The notes beneath the pieces were generated by a model. It was not told where the DNA came from. It saw nothing but the letters and a program-made list of their open reading frames with translations, and did not search any database. Source: Tubiluchus corallicola (Eukaryota > Animalia > Priapulida). From it: a DNA stretch of 64,000 nucleotides. A program made the translations under genes and the position numbers. Below, in pieces: positions 57,202 to 64,000 of the stretch. How positions within the stretch are numbered: the first letter of the stretch is position 1; the number at the start of each line of letters is the position of its first letter. The DNA is taken from positions 124,001 through 188,000 of the forward strand of contig JAQGDQ010000143.1 in NCBI GenBank assembly GCA_030141605.1. Direction: 5' to 3'.

Positions 57202-60200
57202 ATGAAACGTAGTGATGCGTGCGCAGTTATTCGCGTATGTACTTTAGTAATAATATCCATTAAAATTATAATAATTTTCAGCTCTAGCTTTCAAAGGCTA
57301 ATGATTACGACTAGCAAACCAAAACCTGCTAAATTATCAAAGCAAAAATATTATTTTGCGCGTCAAACGCCAGAACAGGACCAAAGCGTCCTCTTTTGGA
57401 AAAATGATCAGGTCAGGCTGCGAACAATGACTGACAGTGTGCATAAATATGTAACTGAATACATTTTGCCTTACAAGAACAGAAATGCCACAAGACCTGT
57501 ATTCGTGACTGCTTTTGATAAATCGCATTATATAGAAGGCAAAGGAATAATCAAAATGTTTCACGAGAGATTGTTAATTTATAACTATTCGCTAGCGATT
57601 TATGACTTAGGTCTCACAGATCAACAAGCAGTATTAGTAAGTAAACACTTTCACCTATTACTATGTTTAATTAATTTTCAAGAAATGTTTTGAGCCAACA
57701 TACATTCAGATACGCTGTTAGCTGCAAAAAGTATGAAAATTGTACCACGCAGTAATGTTATTGATTTTTTATTCTCTTGTTTTTTGTTTTGATACAAACA
57801 AAATTTGTCTTATTGTTATTGCTAAGTGAACATCCAAATATCTAACTTGGGTAAGAACTTTATTTTTCAACAACGCGGGCATTAATTTCTGAAACTCTTT
57901 TTGTGAGCCAAGTTTCGTTTCAAAACTAACTAAGTAAATTGCACAATTTTTCCACCATCAACTGCTTAAGTTCTTATGAAATAATCATTTACGCTTAAGA
58001 TTCACAGCTTCAGTCGTAAAGAAATAACATTTTCGCCAAGAGATATTCTGCCAACGGAGTTATATTAAGATATGATGATATTATATTACATATGATGATT
58101 GTTAGCTGAAACACGAACATTGCATTATTCAAAATTGTTTACGTTAAATAGGCTAGCACAGTTTTTCTAAATAGGAAATCATGAAAAAAATTATTTGTAC
58201 TAACTCCTACACGTTTTCGTTTAGATACAGAGAAATTGCGAGTGCTTTTATAGAAAGTTGAACTTCAGTCATTATCCTAGTCATATCAAACAGTTGCACA
58301 ATTATGCATTTAAACCAAGTGTTATACAGGTAAGATCATAACTGTCACCAAATTTTTAATTACCATTATCACATTAACAATTTAATAGAAAATTTGACTT
58401 GTTTAGTTAACTGATCGATTAGCGATCGCGGATATTATTTATTTGTGCTCGTCCAACTAGATTTTCTCTTGAAAGCAAAGTCCAGGTCTTTTCAACACGC
58501 GTTAGTTGAACCGGTATTTTTATACAATGCTGAGCTGTGGAAAATAAAAGTTAAGTAGCAGACGGAAAATGACGCTTTTTAAAGACGTTTCTATACAACT
58601 GTTAGGCATTAAATGGCCTAACAGAATATTCAATGATGATATGTATGATGTGGTGAAAAAAAATCTTTGGAGTAAACAAATTCAAGTAAGAAGACTACAT
58701 TGAATTGGGCATGCTCTAAGACTACCTCAAGAATCTCCTCTTCCTATTGCATTATGTAAAGCTCTTGAAACGACAAAAAGTCCTAGAGAGGTCAGCTACT
58801 GACATATAGATATAGATATACTTCAAAAAGATTTAGTAAATACAACTTTATATTTGAGGAATCGTGGGTAGTGATAGGAGTACATGGCATGAATAGGTGG
58901 AGCACGCCATGTTTTAGAGCATAAACTTTCTCCGCATTTGTCAAAAATTATGCTTTCTTGTCTAGGATAATTTATGGAAAATGATGGTTACTGGCTACTG
59001 ATCGATTAATGAACGTGGTGACTTCGGGAATAGAGTTGGTTGTTTTGGTAGGGAGGTTACTAAACTAGTCGAAGTCTAAGGGAATTTCTGCAGTCGCCCA
59101 TCACTTTCAATACATCAGTGCCTCCAGTTTTTTTCCATGAAATTATATAGCTATCAACAGCATGCATGGCCATTTGCATGTAAACAGACTATTCGAATGA
59201 GCAGGAAAGCAAAAACTTGTCAAATACATGTGCTGCGTAGGTATAAGTTGCACAGTATGAAAATTTGAAATTTCTTCTGGAATTATCACTTTTTACAGGA
59301 AGCTCTTTACGAGTTTGGTTTCGTATTCTGGATGGACGCGTCTTTTCGCGTGTCATACAATCATGACAGTGAAAAACTCCAGGCGCTCATTGATGACGTT
59401 AGACTGGGTTCTGGTGTGGCAACATGGCCGAATAGGTGGTTGATGGCCTGCTTTATCCACCCACAAATGTACGAAGTGTATGGGGAATTCGCAAAGGACT
59501 TTCTCGGGAAAAAGTCTCCTGCAGGTAAACACCTATCCGCTTTTCTTTGTGCAGTGGTCCTTATTTCTATGTAAATGCGCTTTGTAAATGTGGCTTCAAA
59601 TGTGACAAGACACGACATGACGGTGGCTTCCCGTGTTGCAATATTGTCGAACTTGGCATAAAAAAGGTATTTTGGGCACACAACTTCATTGTTCTGGTGT
59701 CTACTTGAGATTTTGTCTAGACAGCTGAATTGTTTGGCTAATTCTGAAATTGCTTTGAAATTTTTTCTACAGTTCACTGCAACCAGCCATGTACAACTCA
59801 ACTATGTGGCTACCACAGCCTTGCGTCAATAGGTGTCTCTGTCTCGCCGGGGAGATACTTGTTTTGAGAACCCTTTTATAGCCTGTATTGGGACCATGTT
59901 TAGAGTACCTTAACCAAAGACAGAGGCTGCAATATTTATATTGGCACGTTACCTAGAGTTAATTATTCCGTTCATTGGGAAAATTTATGCTGATTTGAGT
60001 ATTTTATTTGTGAATGACTGAGAAGTTGAGTGTCTTTGTAAAGATTCTGCGGCCAGTGCTCGTCTTGTGAAACCTTATGAATGGAAGATCTTGGAAGAAT
60101 CTTCCCATTCGTTCATTAAATGCATAGGTTCATTATGTAATTGAGGTACGACCTGCTTTAAACTGACAGCGTTTTATGTAAAATAAATCCAAAAGTTTAG

Positions 60201-60362
60201 CAAAGTTTAGAATGCAACTTATAAGGAACTCCGTCGTGCAGCCACGTTATCTCATAATTAATTTGTTTAGCAGTTTGTCACTGTTTGTGGTATATGGTCA
60301 TTCATAGCAACTGCCCTTACGTGTCGGTTCTTTCGATGTTTCCACTTTGACTTTTATCATCA

Positions 60363-60401
<39 letters not shown>

Positions 60402-61403
60402 TCAACATCATCAACAACACCATCGTCATCATTAACATTATCATTATAAAAAAAACTTGTACATGCAGTCCAAATTGATAGTAAATACATAGCAGATTAG
60501 CAAGAACAAAACCAAAAAACGAAACATATTACATTGGTTATGTTATTACATCGGATGGTTTTGCGCCCTTTTTTCTTCTGCCTCCTGACACTACTGCTCA
60601 GTTTTGAGTGTAGAGTGTTGTTACCGTAACACTCTCGATTTGGTGAGAAGGATTGTTATTTCTTATTTCTTAATTAAATTTGTGATTGTTGTTGTTATCG
60701 TCCCTGTAGACGAAAACAGGAATCTTAAGGTACGACTCCATATGTACATAATGCGTGATGCATAATACGTTATCCGTAGTGCGTATACAATAGTTCACGT
60801 TTAAACAGCCTTAGCCTGTTTCATTGACATCATAATACCCAAAATGTGAAGATAACTACCGACTGCGAATATACACTGTAATTATGTTTATCTTTCTTAG
60901 TCGAGTTGTATTTCTTAAAAGGTTTCTACAAAGAGACCTATGCAAACATGCGTCAGAACAATGAAACTAAGTGTCTTTTGAAGCCACCGTTCTTATGCCC
61001 AATTCTACAGAATTACAGCTTCGACCGTGTCAAGTCAAATTTGAAGTAATGTGAATAAGCCATCTTTGTCTCAGTACTTTGTATTTATATAAAGTTTTGT
61101 TTTTGCTTCCTTGCAGGCGGTGCTGTTCTATTGTACAACAATCCATTAACATACCAGTATGTGTTATTGCCCTGGTTGTCGTGCGCTCTATACCAACCCT
61201 GCATTTCACCATCAGAAGCCAAACTAGCGGGATGTAAAATGGAGAATGAGAAAACTACTAATTATTGTTGTCATCGTTTTGATCAGTCAGCTTTAGGCCT
61301 CACGTTGTACAGAGCTTTTCATTTCAATGAATCATTGTTTTTCAATCAAATTAAGCCTCATTATTATCACAAGCAAGATCAAACCGCTGCACAGTATTTT
61401 TAA
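57202..61403 (+). CDS. DUF1647-like type II membrane putative glycosyltransferase, about 350 aa, 4 coding exons
   Basis: Exons 57202-57636, 58225-58329, 59299-59524, 61117-61403; 1053 nt in frame. N-terminal hydrophobic anchor, PVFVTAFDKSHY..IYDLGL, NFSHYPSHIKQLHNYAFKP, FWMDAS, HPQMY, PWLSCAL..CISP, CHRFDQSAL. Confidence 0.82.
58440..58900 (+). mobile_element. Decayed 3' end of an RTE-like LINE ORF2
   Basis: ALVEPVFLYNAELW, LLGIKWPNRIFNDDMY, WSKQIQVRRLH*IGHALRLPQESP; typical ORF2 C-terminal motifs, with stops and frameshifts. Confidence 0.7.
60356..60446. repeat. (CAT/CGT)n trinucleotide repeat
   Basis: Directly visible. Confidence 0.9.
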
Positions 61404-63459
61404 TTATTTAACTGGTGAACAGCATTTTAATTAAGACGATTGCAAAGTAATGAGTTTTAACCGTGCTGATAGTATAAATAAACCTACCTGTAAACGTTGT
61501 AAGTATGATGAACTGAAATTAATTAATGCAAAATAAATTTCACATTTCATTATAGGCTCTGCAAGTCACAAACCAATTTAAAATTTCCAATTGTCAGTTT
61601 GGTCAAGCTAGGTACATATAGGACAATCTTGTGATATAATGGTGATGGCCTTTAACACCAAGGTGACATTCTTGTCAATAGTGCTTGCCACAATATTGCC
61701 TTTCACACAAATATGGTTTTAAAAGGCTATTAAATGTAGCTTTATTCAATCATTTTCTGATAATCTTCAAATCAAAATTACAAATAATTAATACATTGTA
61801 GACTAATTGTGATAAAGATGCGACGACGGTGACGACGAAGACGGTGATGTAAATGATCACGGTGGTGACGATGATGATGAAGATGAAGGACTATATAAAA
61901 ATTAAGACTATAATAAAAGTCATAAAAATTAAAGAACAAAATAAAACTGCGTTTACCATGTTTTTATCTTTGCCAAAGAAATTCCTTATTATGAATTTTT
62001 AATCCAGTTAATGAATTTGTGAACAATTAAAATGATTAATTTTTCATAATTGCTTGACAATTATAACTTTAAAAGAATAAATGTATATAAGATATATTTA
62101 GTCCTTATGAAAATATTTGGTCACAAAGGTGGAACCGACTCCAAAAAAGATCCGCATTGCTGTGTAGCCCTATTCTTCCTCGCTTCGAAGAGCTATATAT
62201 CTCCTTCCAAGACCCCTTCTGGCGCTACTAGATTTCTTTTCATGTGGTGTTCGGTCAAAATTTCGAAAACGTCGGGAGTTATGTCCAGGAGAACGCCCGT
62301 CCCGCGACGCCCTGGCCTCCTGCGAATTCTAAATGCGCCTATAACACCCACCGTTGAACGGGGGGCTACCCAAATGCATCCTAGCGCCGCCCCGGCAATT
62401 TCCCGTTCTCTAGAAATAAGAGGTATGCGTTTTGCAAAAAACGGGCCATTTTTGGAAGTTTTTCGCTTCCCGTTCCACCCGATGGGCCCGATTCGAAAAA
62501 TAAACACCAGGTGAAAATCTGTGGGAGGAGACCTTTCATTTGATATATAGACCACGGAAAATGATGCTGTCGTTTGTACTGAAACACCATCGGTTATATA
62601 TATATTTATATCCATATACATGTATACCTATTTGACGTTGCGATAATTTTCTTTCTTTCTCTAGGCCTGTTTAATTTTGACAACGTTGGCTCGTTAGCTC
62701 CTCTTTCGTTTTTGTTTACGTTATCAGTACGACGCACAACTGAGCTGTTGTTAGAAGACGTAGATTTTTTAAACTGTCCCGTTAGTTTTAAAAATCGGAA
62801 ACTTTAAACACGGAATGACAGTGTTTCAGTGTTATTCAAATGTAAATGGTGTATTGGTTAGCTCAAAAATGGACGGGGGATATATAAACATAGTTTATTG
62901 AGCGTAGTAGTTTTTATGCATTCTGCTGAAAAAGAGGGCATTACTTACAATGACAACAATGATAATAGCGACAATTATGTCAGTCAGGATGAGAATGAGG
63001 TTCAAATTTTTTGATGACTATAGCAACTACATGTATAATGTTAATTGTTGCAGCCATACGCATCAATATGGGGGGTGCTGCCCTCTACGAAATGCTTCGG
63101 TTTGGAAAGAGATAACAGGTGAGCAGAAAAATGATAGCCACGTTCTTGCTCACAGCAATGTTCTCTTGCGTTATCGTATTTGTTAACAACAGTGTTTTTA
63201 GTGTAGGTGCCAAAACTTGTACTTTACATACTAGCGAATAGTCATTATAGTTAAATAATTCAATTAAATTTTGTGAATTCAGCTAAGCCACACTGATAGG
63301 CATCCGTTTGTGAATCTCTTTTGTGAAGTTTGACCGACAGCCACAGGTTACCTCTTTCTTACATTTCTTGCGTTCTCTTTATTATTTCTCTTTAGAATAA
63401 ACGAGTTTGGAACGTGAATCAAATAGTGAAGGCGGTTCTGTCCACAACGCTAATTGTGA

Positions 63460-63799
63460 TAATAATGGTAATAGCAACAGTTATAATACTAATAATGATG
63501 ACGACGACGACGACAACAACAGCAACGACAACGACAGCAACGACAACAACGACAATGACAACGATAACGACAGCAACGACAACGACAACGACAACGACGA
63601 CGACGACAACAACAACAACAACAACAACAACAACATCAACAATAATAATGGTAATGGTTATGACAATGCTAATGGTAATGGTATTGACACTGGTTATAAT
63701 AATCGACAACAACGACGACGACGACAACGACGACGACGACAACAACAACAACAACAACAACAAAACAACACAACACAACACAACACAACACAACACAAC

Positions 63800-63838
<39 letters not shown>

Positions 63839-63930
63839 GCAACAATAATAATGGTAATGGTTATGACAATGCTAATGGTAATGGTATTGACACTGGTTAT
63901 AATAATTGTAATGGAATAATAATGATGATG
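63460..63930. repeat. Compound AAC/GAC/AAT low-complexity repeat with an internal direct duplication of about 60 bp
   Basis: aataataatggtaatggttatgacaatgctaatggtaatggtattgacactggttataataat occurs at about 63641 and again at about 63844. Confidence 0.9.
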
Positions 63931-64000
63931 GTAATATTAATTGTAAATGTTAAGAACTATGTTAATGATAACGTCAATACTAATAGTAATGATCTAACGG

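Noticed and set aside
62050-62621. Overlapping ORFs of 154 aa (+) and 142 aa (-)
   Set aside because: No recognisable domain or splice context; shares motifs with the MITE at 28259-28648.
63407-63919. N/D/Q/T-rich ORFs
   Set aside because: Trinucleotide low-complexity DNA open in several frames; no coding evidence.

Overview
AT-rich, intron-rich, microsatellite- and TE-laden eukaryotic DNA, most likely from an invertebrate animal. Four spliced + strand genes could be reconstructed by hand, with GT-AG junctions and consistent reading frames: (1) a natriuretic-peptide-receptor-like transmembrane guanylyl cyclase (about 2.2-38.6 kb), (2) a single-pass ZP-domain protein (42760-48557), (3) a DUF3987/YfjI-like protein (51483-55903) and (4) a DUF1647-like putative glycosyltransferase (57202-61403). 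The most striking feature is the cyclase locus. It has three tandem, intact, paralogous first coding exons (2195-2876, 10460-11126, 17613-18282). Each has its own ATG and signal peptide, encodes the N-terminal half of the ligand-binding ectodomain, and ends at the same '...AR G|GT' phase-1 donor. Only one set of 19 downstream exons follows. This variable-plus-constant layout resembles clustered protocadherins, UGT1A and chelicerate sDscam, and predicts receptors with different ectodomain N-termini on one shared signalling module. Intergenic and intronic DNA holds decayed LINEs, MITEs, tRNA-derived SINE-like heads, a possible kinase relic and many simple repeats. Family assignments come from motif recognition, not database searches.
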